Shown: positions 18,232-28,653 of the stretch, one piece after another | How the letters are laid out: every line of letters starts with the position of its first letter | How positions within the stretch are numbered: position 1 is the stretch's first letter | Sequence record: NC_049438.1 | DNA: 64,000 nucleotides | Origin: Acinetobacter phage vB_ApiM_fHyAci03 | Direction: 5' to 3' (one strand) | The notes under the pieces: generated by a model | Database searches by the model: none | What the model was told of the DNA's origin: nothing | What the model saw: the letters and a program-made list of their open reading frames with translations, nothing else | Translations under genes and position numbers: made by a program

Positions 18232-18987
18232 ATGGCTAATATTATAAGATGTAGACTTCCTGACGGTATTCATCGGTTTAAGCCCTTTACAGTAGCTGAC
18301 TATAGAGATTTCTTACTTATCAGAAATGATATGATTTCTAAAACTGATTCAGAGCAAGAAGAACTTGTTAGCGAATTGGCAGCAGATTATTTTAATGAAT
18401 ACCCTAAGACATGGCAACAATATTTGTTCTTAAACGTTTTCACTGGATCTGTAGGTAAAACAAAGGTGCCAATTGTGTTTCAATGTCCTACTTGTGGCAA
18501 ATCTCAAAAGCGTTTGTTTAATATTGCTCAGGATGATTTAGTTGCTCCAAAAATACAACTAAATGATGAAACAGAACTGTCATTCAAATTTCCTGATGAG
18601 ATTTACACTGATTCTGCACTATTGGCCCTAGACAACATTGAAAGTGTATCACACAAAGGGGCTGAATACCTTTGGCAAGATTTAGATAAAGAAACACAAG
18701 ACAATATAATCGAGATGCTGGACTTTGAGAAGTTTGAGATGCTTGTTAAAAAATTAAAGCCTATTCATTTTGAAATGAATATAAGCTGCTGTGAAAAGCA
18801 TACAATTGTATTTGAAGACTTAGCATCTATTTTCAAATTGTTAATTAATCCAGACGAAGTATTTCCATTTTATGAAATTAACAACATTCTGATTAAAAAT
18901 AACTATGATTGGAATTCTATCATGGCGATGCTTCCAGCTGAACGCAGTATAGCACTGTCAATGATAGAAAGGGATAGCAAAAGATGA
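18232..18987 (+). CDS. 51: Baseplate hub assembly catalyst gp51, assigned by synteny and size
   Basis: 251 aa (T4 gp51 is 249 aa). CPTCGKS Zn-ribbon-like motif. Immediately upstream of gp27 with an ATGA overlap. Confidence 0.6.
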   Translation: MANIIRCRLPDGIHRFKPFTVADYRDFLLIRNDMISKTDSEQEELVSELAADYFNEYPKTWQQYLFLNVFTGSVGKTKVPIVFQCPTCGKSQKRLFNIAQDDLVAPKIQLNDETELSFKFPDEIYTDSALLALDNIESVSHKGAEYLWQDLDKETQDNIIEMLDFEKFEMLVKKLKPIHFEMNISCCEKHTIVFEDLASIFKLLINPDEVFPFYEINNILIKNNYDWNSIMAMLPAERSIALSMIERDSKR

Positions 18988-20567
18988 CACAACAAAGACC
19001 AGGGTATCCTAACGTCAGTATCAAGCTATATGAAGATTATGACGCATGGAAAGAAAATAGATTTATTGAACTTGCAGCAACATTTACTACACTTACTCTT
19101 CGTGATAGCTTGTATGGCACAAATGAAGGCATTCTTCAATTTTATGATTCAAAAAATTTACACGCCAAATTAAATGGCGAACAAATAATTCAAATATCAC
19201 TTTCGAATGCAAACTCCAAGGATGTAATTACACGCATCTATGGATGTAATGACACATCAGTTTCAGTTGATGAAAAGGGCGATAATATTCTTGCATTCAA
19301 CCTCCGTCCTTTACACACGGTAGAAAATGTTAAATTCAGCCGTGCATTCTTTGCTAATGCAACAGAATCTATTGAAACTATGATAAAGTCAATCTACAAC
19401 AATAAAGCACAGCTTGCGCCTAAAGTTAAAGGATTGAATGTTTATGTTCCTCGTGTAGCATGGGTAAACACAATTGAAGATTATTTTGAATATGTTAGAG
19501 AAGTTGGCTTATCTGTTGAATCAGAAACACATGCATTCGTTTGGGAAGATTTTACCGGCATCAATATTTCGGATTACAAATTCATGATTGATCAGAAACC
19601 AAGAGTAATGGTAGTTGGTGATCCCGCACAAATTGGATCATATATCTCCAATATGAAAGAGCAATTGGCATATGACTTTACTTGGCTCGCTAAAACAAAT
19701 CGAAATGTACGAAACCCATTAGAGAATGTGACAGTGTATAGCCATTCATTCAACGACAAAGAAATTCAAAGAATTTCAATAGGCGAAGGCACTAACTCTG
19801 TTGTCGTATCTAGATCTGGCGGCTATTCTGAAATGACATATCGCAATGGATACGAAGAAGCATTTAGATTGCTTACTATGGCTCAATATGATGGTTATGC
19901 CACATGTAAAGTTATTGGTGACTTTACGCTGACACCATTGCAGAAAGTGATTTTCGGTGACAAAAAGGGACAATTCAAAACTGAATTTTATATTGATGAA
20001 GTAATTCATGTCATCACAAACAATTCATCTGAAACTCATTTATACTTGTTCACAAATGGTAAAGATCTTGTGCCAGTAAACATCGAAAAAATTAAAAATG
20101 AGATTGAGACCATTACACCACCATCAGATACAGTTCAACCTGAAGCATCAGCCGACAGGAAAGGTGCACAATGGGATCTTGATAAGTTATCAGAAGTAGT
20201 TTTGAAGAATGCACAAGGAAGAAAATCTACGGGTGAATGTGCATTGTATGTTCGTAAAGCGTTACAAGCAGCGCAATTACAAAGTTTCTTCGCTGGTGGA
20301 CTGGGTAATGCAAATGAAATGCCATCACGTCTAACACAGATGGGATGGATCGCAGTAGGCCAAAACGTTAAAAATGTCAAGAAAGGCGACATTGCAGTGT
20401 TCCAACGAACTAATACACGCCTTGGACAGAAATATGGTCATATTTGTATTTTTACCGGATCACAGTGGGTATCAGACTTTATCCAATCTAGTGTACAACC
20501 TAACAGAAATGATAATTTAACCTATACAGTATATAGAGCCCGTTATGGGTATAGTGCAGGAGCATAA
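18984..20567 (+). CDS. 27: Baseplate hub subunit gp27 fused to a C-terminal CHAP/NlpC-P60-like cysteine peptidase domain
   Basis: 527 aa. Residues 1 to about 390 align closely with T4 gp27 (MTQQRPGYPNVSIKLYEDYDAWKENRFIELAATFTTLTLRDSLYGTNEGILQFYDSKNLH..., SRSGGYSEMTYRNGYEEAFRLLTMAQYDGYA). An extra ~140 aa carries TGECALYVRKAL...KKGDIAVFQRT...YGHICIFTG, a Cys...His signature typical of CHAP domains. Confidence 0.9.
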   Translation: MTQQRPGYPNVSIKLYEDYDAWKENRFIELAATFTTLTLRDSLYGTNEGILQFYDSKNLHAKLNGEQIIQISLSNANSKDVITRIYGCNDTSVSVDEKGDNILAFNLRPLHTVENVKFSRAFFANATESIETMIKSIYNNKAQLAPKVKGLNVYVPRVAWVNTIEDYFEYVREVGLSVESETHAFVWEDFTGINISDYKFMIDQKPRVMVVGDPAQIGSYISNMKEQLAYDFTWLAKTNRNVRNPLENVTVYSHSFNDKEIQRISIGEGTNSVVVSRSGGYSEMTYRNGYEEAFRLLTMAQYDGYATCKVIGDFTLTPLQKVIFGDKKGQFKTEFYIDEVIHVITNNSSETHLYLFTNGKDLVPVNIEKIKNEIETITPPSDTVQPEASADRKGAQWDLDKLSEVVLKNAQGRKSTGECALYVRKALQAAQLQSFFAGGLGNANEMPSRLTQMGWIAVGQNVKNVKKGDIAVFQRTNTRLGQKYGHICIFTGSQWVSDFIQSSVQPNRNDNLTYTVYRARYGYSAGA

Positions 20568-20568
20568 A

Positions 20569-21117
20569 ATGGGAAATGTAAAATTAGAATTAGAGCCAAA
20601 GTCTAAAGTGATTGAAGTTAATGGCAAAACTATCAAAGTCCCAAAACTTGGACTTAAACATAGACTATTGATGAAAGAAGGTATTAGCCATGAAGATGCA
20701 ATGAAGGTGCTCCTAAACTATATTCAACCTAATTTATCATTAGCTGAAAGAGATTTATTGACACTTCACTTATTAGAATATAATGGTAGAATTCGTTCGC
20801 AAGTTAAAGCTGGTGAATTCTTGTATGACATAAACAACGCATACATATGTCAACAATTAAAATTTAATTATGAAGATTATGAATTTAAATTCAGATCTCC
20901 GACAATGGAACTTATGAAAGGCCCATTAGACATTCTTTTGAAAGAGTGTTGTGTAAGTGTCAAGAAATCAGGTGAAAAAATTCCTGTACCGGATTTCATG
21001 GATATGCCAGCATTTGTCTACAGATGGGCAGATATGATAACAAATACTGTTGCCATTGATGGTCCATTTGGGCAAATCAGAGGCTTGTATAAAGTAGTGG
21101 AGTTATTCAGTGAATAA
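20569..21117 (+). CDS. 28: Baseplate hub distal subunit gp28, assigned by synteny and size
   Basis: Start chosen at MGNVKLELEP (GGAG Shine-Dalgarno upstream; the gp27 stop is at 20565-20567). 182 aa versus T4 gp28 at 177 aa. Confidence 0.6.
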   Translation: MGNVKLELEPKSKVIEVNGKTIKVPKLGLKHRLLMKEGISHEDAMKVLLNYIQPNLSLAERDLLTLHLLEYNGRIRSQVKAGEFLYDINNAYICQQLKFNYEDYEFKFRSPTMELMKGPLDILLKECCVSVKKSGEKIPVPDFMDMPAFVYRWADMITNTVAIDGPFGQIRGLYKVVELFSE

Positions 21118-22834
21118 TACATTTTCATCATCTAAACCTGCATCTGAGCAAACTACACTTAGACGCCCTCCAAAGCCAATAGCCGAAGAAGCTCCAGCAA
21201 ATGATGAAGTTTTTGATGCAGGCCCAGAAGGAGCAAAAGAAGAAACATTAAGTAGTATCGATACTAATACGCAGGAACAAGTTGGCATACAACGACAACA
21301 ACTTGGCGCAGCCAATCTTTCGCTAGGCATACAAGACCTTCAAAATCAAAAGCTAGAAGAAATATCTGCTTCTACATCTGAGATCTCGTCTAAGCTTAGT
21401 GCGCTAAGCGATAAACTAAAGCAAAAGTATGAAGCCGCTGCACCAGTAAGTGAAGCACCTATTCAAAATGCCGATTCAACATCAGAGATTCTTGCCAATA
21501 AACTTAATGCTAAAGATTCTTCTGCGCAGGCGCCTGAGCCGGTAAAAATAGTTCCCGATGAGAAGAAACCATCTGAAGATTTATTATCTAAACCTTCAGA
21601 GGTTAAAGGTGCGCCAGACAATACAGCATCAATGATAGTTGGTGCTGTAAAGGGAGTCCAAGGTGCTATAACTGCTGGATTCAAAAGGACCACTAGCATC
21701 GCAGATAAAATTTCTGGGATGTTGCTAAAGTATACAGTTACCCAAGCTGTTCAAGCAGCTAAACTCGCATTAGCCGTATTTGCTATTATTTTTGCAATTG
21801 ACATGTTGAAAATTGCATGGCAGGTTTGGGGTGACAAAATCATGGCAAAGTTTGAAGAATGGAGCCAAACGTTCGGAAAATGGTGGGACAATTTTAAACA
21901 ATGGTCATCATATTTCTCTGACATGAAAAATTCATTCGAAGGCATGAAAGGCGACTTAATGGGCATCCGAAATGCATGGGAATCTGGTGATTGGCCGGCA
22001 CTTGCATCTGCAATAGGAACTGCATTTATAGATGGCATCAAAACACTTAGTGGTATGTTAGATCGTGTAATTACAAAACTTGTTGCTACGCTATTAGACA
22101 AATTAGGCTTTAGTAAAGCAGCCAAGGCAATAGAAGCTGAAGGTCTTCAAAACTATCAAAACATGACTAACAATAGATTGTCCCCAGAAAATCAAAGGAA
22201 ACTTGCAGAAGAGCAAATTAGGCGTGAAGAGAAAGATGGGCTTACTCCTACTCAACGAGGCAAAACATCATTCTTACCGGATTCATGGCGTAAGAATCTT
22301 GGCTTAATTTCTGCCGATGAATATAACCAAATCCAAGCAGAGAAAAAGGACCAAAACGCAAGAAGAGGCTTAAGTCACGAAGATAATGTTAAAGCAGTAG
22401 CTGCTACAAATGAAGCACGCGAAGCTATAGCTCGCTTCAAAAATATTGCGGATAATGTTAATCCTAATAACCCTGCACAAGTCGCAGAAGCAGATAAATA
22501 CAAAAAGGAAGCACAACAATACATCAATAGTCCTGGCCTGGCATTGGTTCCAACAGTAAAAGCTGAATTACAGAATCAATTAGATAGCTATAAGCCTAAG
22601 AACAATGTAAAGGCATCTGTTCAGCCGGACAAGTCAACACCATCTAAAGATACACAATTAGTGCAAAATATTAAAGTTGCAGAAGCAAATAAAGTTTCTA
22701 GATCTGCTGCACAAGCTTCAACAACTGCAAATATTAATACTAATATTGTTAAAACTAATAAGAGTTATAACGTGCAAAGTCCTATAACTGGAACTCGTGC
22801 GCCAGGTGTATTTAAGGCTACTTCAGTTAATTAA
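21110..22834 (+). CDS. 29: Baseplate hub subunit and tail length determinator gp29
   Basis: 574 aa (T4 gp29 is 590 aa). Low-complexity, Ala/Gln/Lys-rich with a central hydrophobic segment. Synteny 28-29-48-54. Confidence 0.7.
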   Translation: MNNTFSSSKPASEQTTLRRPPKPIAEEAPANDEVFDAGPEGAKEETLSSIDTNTQEQVGIQRQQLGAANLSLGIQDLQNQKLEEISASTSEISSKLSALSDKLKQKYEAAAPVSEAPIQNADSTSEILANKLNAKDSSAQAPEPVKIVPDEKKPSEDLLSKPSEVKGAPDNTASMIVGAVKGVQGAITAGFKRTTSIADKISGMLLKYTVTQAVQAAKLALAVFAIIFAIDMLKIAWQVWGDKIMAKFEEWSQTFGKWWDNFKQWSSYFSDMKNSFEGMKGDLMGIRNAWESGDWPALASAIGTAFIDGIKTLSGMLDRVITKLVATLLDKLGFSKAAKAIEAEGLQNYQNMTNNRLSPENQRKLAEEQIRREEKDGLTPTQRGKTSFLPDSWRKNLGLISADEYNQIQAEKKDQNARRGLSHEDNVKAVAATNEAREAIARFKNIADNVNPNNPAQVAEADKYKKEAQQYINSPGLALVPTVKAELQNQLDSYKPKNNVKASVQPDKSTPSKDTQLVQNIKVAEANKVSRSAAQASTTANINTNIVKTNKSYNVQSPITGTRAPGVFKATSVN

Positions 22835-22843
22835 GGAATTAAA

Positions 22844-23935
22844 ATGAATTTTAAAGAACTAGACGATGATTTCTTAGCAAAGGCTGGCTCAATTATATCT
22901 GCTGGCCAGAGCCAAAAATCCAAAGAAACGCAAGTAAAAACCTTGACCGCTCAGTATCCTGCTGAGCGTGCTTCAGGATACGATAGTACCGGAGATTCAA
23001 GAGAATTTGACCAACTCTATCAAAATGGCTTGCTTTTTACTGCATATGAATATTCATCTAGAACAACACCTAACTTACGTGATATGCGTACTACTATGCA
23101 AAAATCATACAAGTTATTAAATGCTATAGATAAAATCACGTCAGCAGTCAAAAGTGTCAAAGGCGGTTTAACGTCAGCACAAAAAGATATGACAAAAAAG
23201 CCAGTTGCCAATATATTGCTGCCTAGATCAAAGAGTGATTCAGATGTAACAAGTCATAAGTTTAATGACGTAGGTGAATCATTATTAACTCGTGGCAACA
23301 ACACCATTACAGGTGTCCTAAGTAATATGGCATCTACTGCAGTGTTTGGCGCAATAGAATCTGTGACACAGGGTGTTATGGCTGACCATGGTGAACAAAT
23401 TTATAACACTGCTCGTTCTATGTACGCTGGCGCTGATAATAGAACTAAAATTTATACATGGGAATTTACACCAAGAACACCAGATGATTTAAATCAAATC
23501 TTAAAAATTTATGAGATTTTCAATTTCTTTTCATATGGCGTCACTGGTAACTCACAATTTGCCAAAGATGTTAAAAAGCACATTGATGATTGGTATAAAA
23601 ATACTATTATTAATAAAGTAAATGAAGAAGTTGGCGCAAAAACCCAGAAAACATTTATGGAATCTGTCACATCATTTTTGTCAAATGTCATTACAGTTTC
23701 TAACCCTACTGTATGGTTCATCCAGAACTTTGGCACACAATCAAAATATGATGGGTTGGCTGACATTTTTGGGCCTGCTCAAATTCAAAGTATTCGTTTC
23801 GATAAAGCGCCTGATGGAAATTTTAACGGTCTTGCAATTGCTCCAAATATGCCATCAACATTTGTTCTTGAAGTAACATTTAGAGAAATTTTGACGCAAA
23901 ATAGAGCATCTATTTATGGAGAAGATGTACTATGA
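22844..23935 (+). CDS. 48: Baseplate tail tube cap gp48, assigned by synteny and size
   Basis: 363 aa (T4 gp48 is 364 aa). Confidence 0.7.
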   Translation: MNFKELDDDFLAKAGSIISAGQSQKSKETQVKTLTAQYPAERASGYDSTGDSREFDQLYQNGLLFTAYEYSSRTTPNLRDMRTTMQKSYKLLNAIDKITSAVKSVKGGLTSAQKDMTKKPVANILLPRSKSDSDVTSHKFNDVGESLLTRGNNTITGVLSNMASTAVFGAIESVTQGVMADHGEQIYNTARSMYAGADNRTKIYTWEFTPRTPDDLNQILKIYEIFNFFSYGVTGNSQFAKDVKKHIDDWYKNTIINKVNEEVGAKTQKTFMESVTSFLSNVITVSNPTVWFIQNFGTQSKYDGLADIFGPAQIQSIRFDKAPDGNFNGLAIAPNMPSTFVLEVTFREILTQNRASIYGEDVL

Positions 23936-24810
23936 AGAATACTGCTATTGCGTTAACATTAGATGAATTTAATAGCCAAATCGCTAATAAAGATTTTCAA
24001 CGCACAAATATGTTCTCTATGCATTTTGCGACTAGACCTTCTTCAAAATCACAAGAGTACATTGGGCAACTATCACGCAAAATTGATGATAGCATTGCTT
24101 CAACATTAGATGCCTTAGGAGTAACTAATGAAAATATCCAAAATGCAATTTCAACTATAGTTACAATTGGAACTCAAAAAGTAGTTAGAAAGGCTGGTGT
24201 AACAAAGGTCTTGATGGGTGCAATGACAAATAGGGTGGTGCAATCATTACTCGGTGAACTCAAAGTCGGCACCTATCTTTTAGAATATTTTGATTTAGCC
24301 TTTCCAACATCAGGATTGTTAGTACAATCATGTAAAATTCCGGATAACCATCTTAACTATGAGATGGACCGACAACATAATGCACCTAGTGTAAAAATTA
24401 CGGGACGTGATTATGAGCCTCTTGTAATTACATTTAGAATGGATGCCGAATCAGCTAATTATCGTGCAATGATGGATTGGGTAAATGCAGTAGAAGATCC
24501 TATTACTGGGCTCCGAGGCTTGCCTATTGATGTTGAGGCAGACATTCAAATCAATTTGCATGGACGTAATGGTTATCCACACACCGCATATATATTCTCT
24601 GGATGTATCCCTATGGTAGTCGGTGGTCCGCAGTTGTCATATGAAGACAATAACCAAATTACCACATTTGACGTTACATATGCATATCGTTCGGTCCAAG
24701 TAGGTGCAGTAGGATTAAACGAGGCAAAAGAGTGGATGGAAAATTCTGCTATTGGCATAGGAAAAGGCCAATTTGACCCTACTATGAATTTTACTTCAAG
24801 ATTGTCATAA
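23932..24810 (+). CDS. 54: Baseplate tail tube initiator gp54, assigned by synteny and size
   Basis: 292 aa (T4 gp54 is 320 aa). ATGA overlap with gene 48. Confidence 0.7.
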   Translation: MKNTAIALTLDEFNSQIANKDFQRTNMFSMHFATRPSSKSQEYIGQLSRKIDDSIASTLDALGVTNENIQNAISTIVTIGTQKVVRKAGVTKVLMGAMTNRVVQSLLGELKVGTYLLEYFDLAFPTSGLLVQSCKIPDNHLNYEMDRQHNAPSVKITGRDYEPLVITFRMDAESANYRAMMDWVNAVEDPITGLRGLPIDVEADIQINLHGRNGYPHTAYIFSGCIPMVVGGPQLSYEDNNQITTFDVTYAYRSVQVGAVGLNEAKEWMENSAIGIGKGQFDPTMNFTSRLS

Positions 24811-24833
24811 ATAAAATCATTAGGAGAATACTT

Positions 24834-26915
24834 ATGTTAGAAACATTAACAGAAGCACAATTAAATGAAGTGCTTGAAACTGAAGGCAATAATTATGATG
24901 TGGTAGATTTGATGCCTAAAGCCAAAACACCGCAAATGTTTTTGCTAAAAGGTGATGGCATTGACAATTTAGTTGTTCGTTTAATGGCACAAAAGGAAGG
25001 CGGTGATACACTACGCAATCTTATGCCTAATGATAAAAATGTTGTAGTGTTTATCATGACACTAAATGATAAAGGTAACTTAGCTGAACTTAAAGGCGGT
25101 CTTGGCGCTAATCCACTTAAAGCACTTACTACAATTTTTGATACTGTTTATAGCGCAATCAAGCCATCTGTGGTAGAAACTGTTATGTTCAGATTCCCTG
25201 CAAAGAAAATGGCAGGTCAAGAACGCGGTATACGACGTGTATTGGAACGCCTTATTCAGGTACGCGGTAAAAATCGTTTTGTAGTTTTATCTGAAATGGC
25301 AAGCTTCTCTGCCAAATATTCATACGTAGTTGCGCATAAACGAAATTTAGAATTGACCGACATCCCTGGTGCATCAATTGACACTGAGCGTTATAAGAAA
25401 GTTGATACTAAGGTCGGTGAAGTGTATATTGACAATGAAACAGGTAAAGACGTATCAAAGGCAGAAGCTATTGCACAGGCTGTTTCTACTGCAGCTAGTA
25501 AATTAACTACACAATCAGTTATCGCAAAGTCTAAAATCAGCCGCCGTGAAGCAATGGCAGCGATGTATTCATCAAGTGAATTTAGTGGCAAACCTGACGC
25601 ACGTCGCCAAAAATATGATGATAGCCATGCAGTTGTGCCGGCAACAGGCAATAAAACTCTCATTCAACAAAACATTAACAATATTGATCTAAAGAGCATT
25701 GGTCAAACGCTGATGGAGTACGAGCATGCAACATGGGAAGATGAAACAAAATCAAGAATTGCTATTACTCCAATAAGAAATATTGTTGTTCCGATGATCA
25801 ATGATGTATTCGGTCACAGATCTACGAGCAAAGAAGGCAAAGCAATGGCTTCTAATATCATTAGAGGCATTGGTACCATCATTGCTGATGCTAACCCTAA
25901 AGATTTGCAGTCAATGATGGTAAAAATTTCAGAATTCATCTCGACTACAAGTTTTGGTGAACTTGACAAAACTGGGAGAATTAACTTCACTAGAGGTATA
26001 ATTTTTGGATTGTTAAATGGACCAATTGGTGGCAGAATACGTATTGCATATGAAGATGATGAGGCTGAACATAAGATTCGTCGTCAATACACTGAAGATC
26101 AGGTTGAGGCCATTAAAGCCTATACAGGTTCAGATTTTTCTGACATTAATGGATTCCTTATTGGACACTATGGCACATACCCAGGCCTAGAAGAAACTAT
26201 TGCACATTTAGATGAAGCATTCAAAAATGGGACCACTCTAGAACGCGGAACAATATTATACCGCGGTCAAAGTGTTAAGTATGGCCAAATGAAATCAATT
26301 ATGGATACAAAAATGATGTATTTTAGAAATTTTGTATCTACATCGTTATATCCAGTGATTTATGGTGGATTCGCAAATGCAGTTGCAAATATTGAACCTA
26401 CTGCACAAGATCAAACCCATTTCACATCTGCAGATTTATCAAAATCTACATCATATACAGGTGATGCACATGATGCGATGAATGCTGGTACAATCGAAGA
26501 TTCCAATTATAGCGTATCAGTAGCTATGGTGATCAAAGGAGCTGATAAAATCAACGTTATCGTTCCTGGCAATATGTCTTCATATCCAAACGAATGCGAA
26601 GTAATTTTACCTCGCGGCACAATACTTAAAATTAATAAAGTTGTTGGAGAATCATTTGACTTTGGAGACTCTAATAACTCTATGCTAATGGAAACAACAG
26701 TAGTTGGTCCTGATCAGATCGATGAAAATACAGAAATGTATGATGGTGACCTATTTTTAAGTGAAGGGCGATTAGAAGTCATAAAACCAAGTATTGGCGC
26801 ATTTTATAATAATGAAGTTATAAATGAAGCCGTTATCCCTAATAATGATGATGCAACATCCATATTATTATCATTGATTGATTTTACTGGTATGCCGCAA
26901 AAGTTCATTGATTAA
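24834..26915 (+). CDS. alt: Alt ADP-ribosyltransferase (packaged head protein that modifies host RNA polymerase)
   Basis: 693 aa (T4 Alt is 682 aa). Conserved blocks such as YFRNFVSTSLYPVIYGG and the C-terminal ...MPQKFID (T4: NLPEQFL). Follows gene 54 as in T4. Confidence 0.85.
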   Translation: MLETLTEAQLNEVLETEGNNYDVVDLMPKAKTPQMFLLKGDGIDNLVVRLMAQKEGGDTLRNLMPNDKNVVVFIMTLNDKGNLAELKGGLGANPLKALTTIFDTVYSAIKPSVVETVMFRFPAKKMAGQERGIRRVLERLIQVRGKNRFVVLSEMASFSAKYSYVVAHKRNLELTDIPGASIDTERYKKVDTKVGEVYIDNETGKDVSKAEAIAQAVSTAASKLTTQSVIAKSKISRREAMAAMYSSSEFSGKPDARRQKYDDSHAVVPATGNKTLIQQNINNIDLKSIGQTLMEYEHATWEDETKSRIAITPIRNIVVPMINDVFGHRSTSKEGKAMASNIIRGIGTIIADANPKDLQSMMVKISEFISTTSFGELDKTGRINFTRGIIFGLLNGPIGGRIRIAYEDDEAEHKIRRQYTEDQVEAIKAYTGSDFSDINGFLIGHYGTYPGLEETIAHLDEAFKNGTTLERGTILYRGQSVKYGQMKSIMDTKMMYFRNFVSTSLYPVIYGGFANAVANIEPTAQDQTHFTSADLSKSTSYTGDAHDAMNAGTIEDSNYSVSVAMVIKGADKINVIVPGNMSSYPNECEVILPRGTILKINKVVGESFDFGDSNNSMLMETTVVGPDQIDENTEMYDGDLFLSEGRLEVIKPSIGAFYNNEVINEAVIPNNDDATSILLSLIDFTGMPQKFID

Positions 26916-26920
26916 ACCGC

Positions 26921-26947
26921 AAAAAGGAGCCATTTGGCTCCTTTTGT
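26921..26947. terminator. Bidirectional terminator after alt
   Basis: AAAAAGGAGCC-ATTT-GGCTCCTTTTGTG. Confidence 0.6.
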
Positions 26948-26948
26948 G

Positions 26949-27131
26949 TTATAACGTGTGTGCTATTCGATTAACTTCAATACCATTAACATTTTCATAT
27001 GTTATTAGACCATCTATAAACTTATCACGTTTAAATGTGCTGTCAAAATTAATCAGCGTCGTAGATGTAGATATTGCTACTTCTTGTCCTATGCATATTT
27101 TGCTATGAATTTCTAAAAGAACTTGGTACAT
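26949..27131 (-). CDS. Hypothetical small protein
   Basis: 60-aa ORF immediately upstream (on the - strand) of the ligase gene. Confidence 0.3.
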   Translation of the reverse strand: MYQVLLEIHSKICIGQEVAISTSTTLINFDSTFKRDKFIDGLITYENVNGIEVNRIAHTL

Positions 27132-27132
27132 G

Positions 27133-28623
27133 TTATACCTCGATCACGTTTAATGCTTCAGGGAACATGTCTTCAAGAGTATTAGTTTCATCTTTATCTC
27201 GACGAAGACATTCGATTACTGGCAAGAATAATGATACATATTCAGTACGTCCTTCGGCAGCAATCCATCCATTACACTTGATAGATACTACAGTACCAAT
27301 AAGATCATCTTGTTCTAACCAAAGTTTACTACGATTTAATTCGTCTAATTGATCATATGGAATAGGAATCCATTCACCTTTAACTTTGACCGCATTTGTA
27401 TCGGTGAATCCAGAACCACATTTAACGCGAATTAAATTATCATCAGATCGCAAGAATACTGCACCAAGTTTAGTTGGGTCTTTGCTATGTTCCTGAACTG
27501 ATACTACACGAAGATCAATGATAATTTCTTCTTTAAATTTGACCTGATTTTTAGAACGTTTGTTTTCCCAAAGTGCAAAAGTATTTTTAAGAATGATGCC
27601 TTCGAGTCCTTGCTCAACATATTTTTTATAGATCGCTTTAGCTTCATCCAGGTTGTGTACAAGTGTGGATTCAATAAGAAGAACACGATTTGAATGTTTT
27701 AGAATTGAAGTTAAATCAGCAAAACGTTCAGTGTACTTTTTACTAGTTTGTCCATCATAAACCACGTTTAATGGAACTAAATCCCAGACTTGGAAACTTA
27801 ATGTTTCAGCTTCTTGTTTAGAAATAGTACCTTTAAGAGATTTATTTGCAAGCCCATTTGATTCGGAACGAAGTACAACATTTTTCTGGTCGACTTTAAA
27901 ATCCTCATCAACTTCTTGTGCATCGCCAAACAAGTCTTCAAGGTCAACTTTATTTTTGACTGGACGACTAACTGCAACTAATTCACCATCAACCATTACA
28001 GGGCCATGTTCTTGGCGATACGAACGAGTTGCTGCAATTAATTCTCGAGCAATATTATCTAAACCTTTATATTCATTACCTGCACGACTTAAGAATTTTA
28101 CATCTTCAATGTTATCACCACGAATTTCAGCGAAGCATCGGGCACCATCAGCTTTAAGTTGGGCAATTGCAGGAAATTTAATGAAACTTAAAGCCTTTTC
28201 ACTCATCGATGATGCCAACATTTGTGGTTGTGATGGAATTAAACCTTTCCATACTTTATTAGCAATTGTTGCTGATGCACCACATTCAAGATCACGTTTA
28301 ATAATACGACAAACAACTTCAGAATCTTCAGGTTGGAGTGCTGAAAGTTTTTGTGATAATGCGCCAATCGCAGTATTGCCAGTAAGTACACGAGTCGCTA
28401 GATCACGTTCTAAAAATTCTAAAACCGAATCTAATTCAACGTCTACCAATTTGCGAGAATTGTCATAGTCTGGAATTTTTTTGATGCCATATTGCAAACG
28501 AGGATGATATGCCATACGATACACATTTTTAAGTGTTTCATTATCGGCATTTGCCTTTAAGATTGCAAGTTTTTCGTTTGTTGAATCTGTCGATTCGATT
28601 GCTTTTAAAATATCTAAAATCAT
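27133..28623 (-). CDS. 30: ATP-dependent DNA ligase gp30
   Basis: 496 aa. Extended identity with T4 ligase (MILDILKAIESTDSTNEKLAILKAN..., KFPAIAQLKADGARCFAEIRGDN..., GLEGIILKN). Confidence 0.95.
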   Translation of the reverse strand: MILDILKAIESTDSTNEKLAILKANADNETLKNVYRMAYHPRLQYGIKKIPDYDNSRKLVDVELDSVLEFLERDLATRVLTGNTAIGALSQKLSALQPEDSEVVCRIIKRDLECGASATIANKVWKGLIPSQPQMLASSMSEKALSFIKFPAIAQLKADGARCFAEIRGDNIEDVKFLSRAGNEYKGLDNIARELIAATRSYRQEHGPVMVDGELVAVSRPVKNKVDLEDLFGDAQEVDEDFKVDQKNVVLRSESNGLANKSLKGTISKQEAETLSFQVWDLVPLNVVYDGQTSKKYTERFADLTSILKHSNRVLLIESTLVHNLDEAKAIYKKYVEQGLEGIILKNTFALWENKRSKNQVKFKEEIIIDLRVVSVQEHSKDPTKLGAVFLRSDDNLIRVKCGSGFTDTNAVKVKGEWIPIPYDQLDELNRSKLWLEQDDLIGTVVSIKCNGWIAAEGRTEYVSLFLPVIECLRRDKDETNTLEDMFPEALNVIEV

Positions 28624-28653
28624 AGGATACTCCAGTTTATAGAGACTATTATA

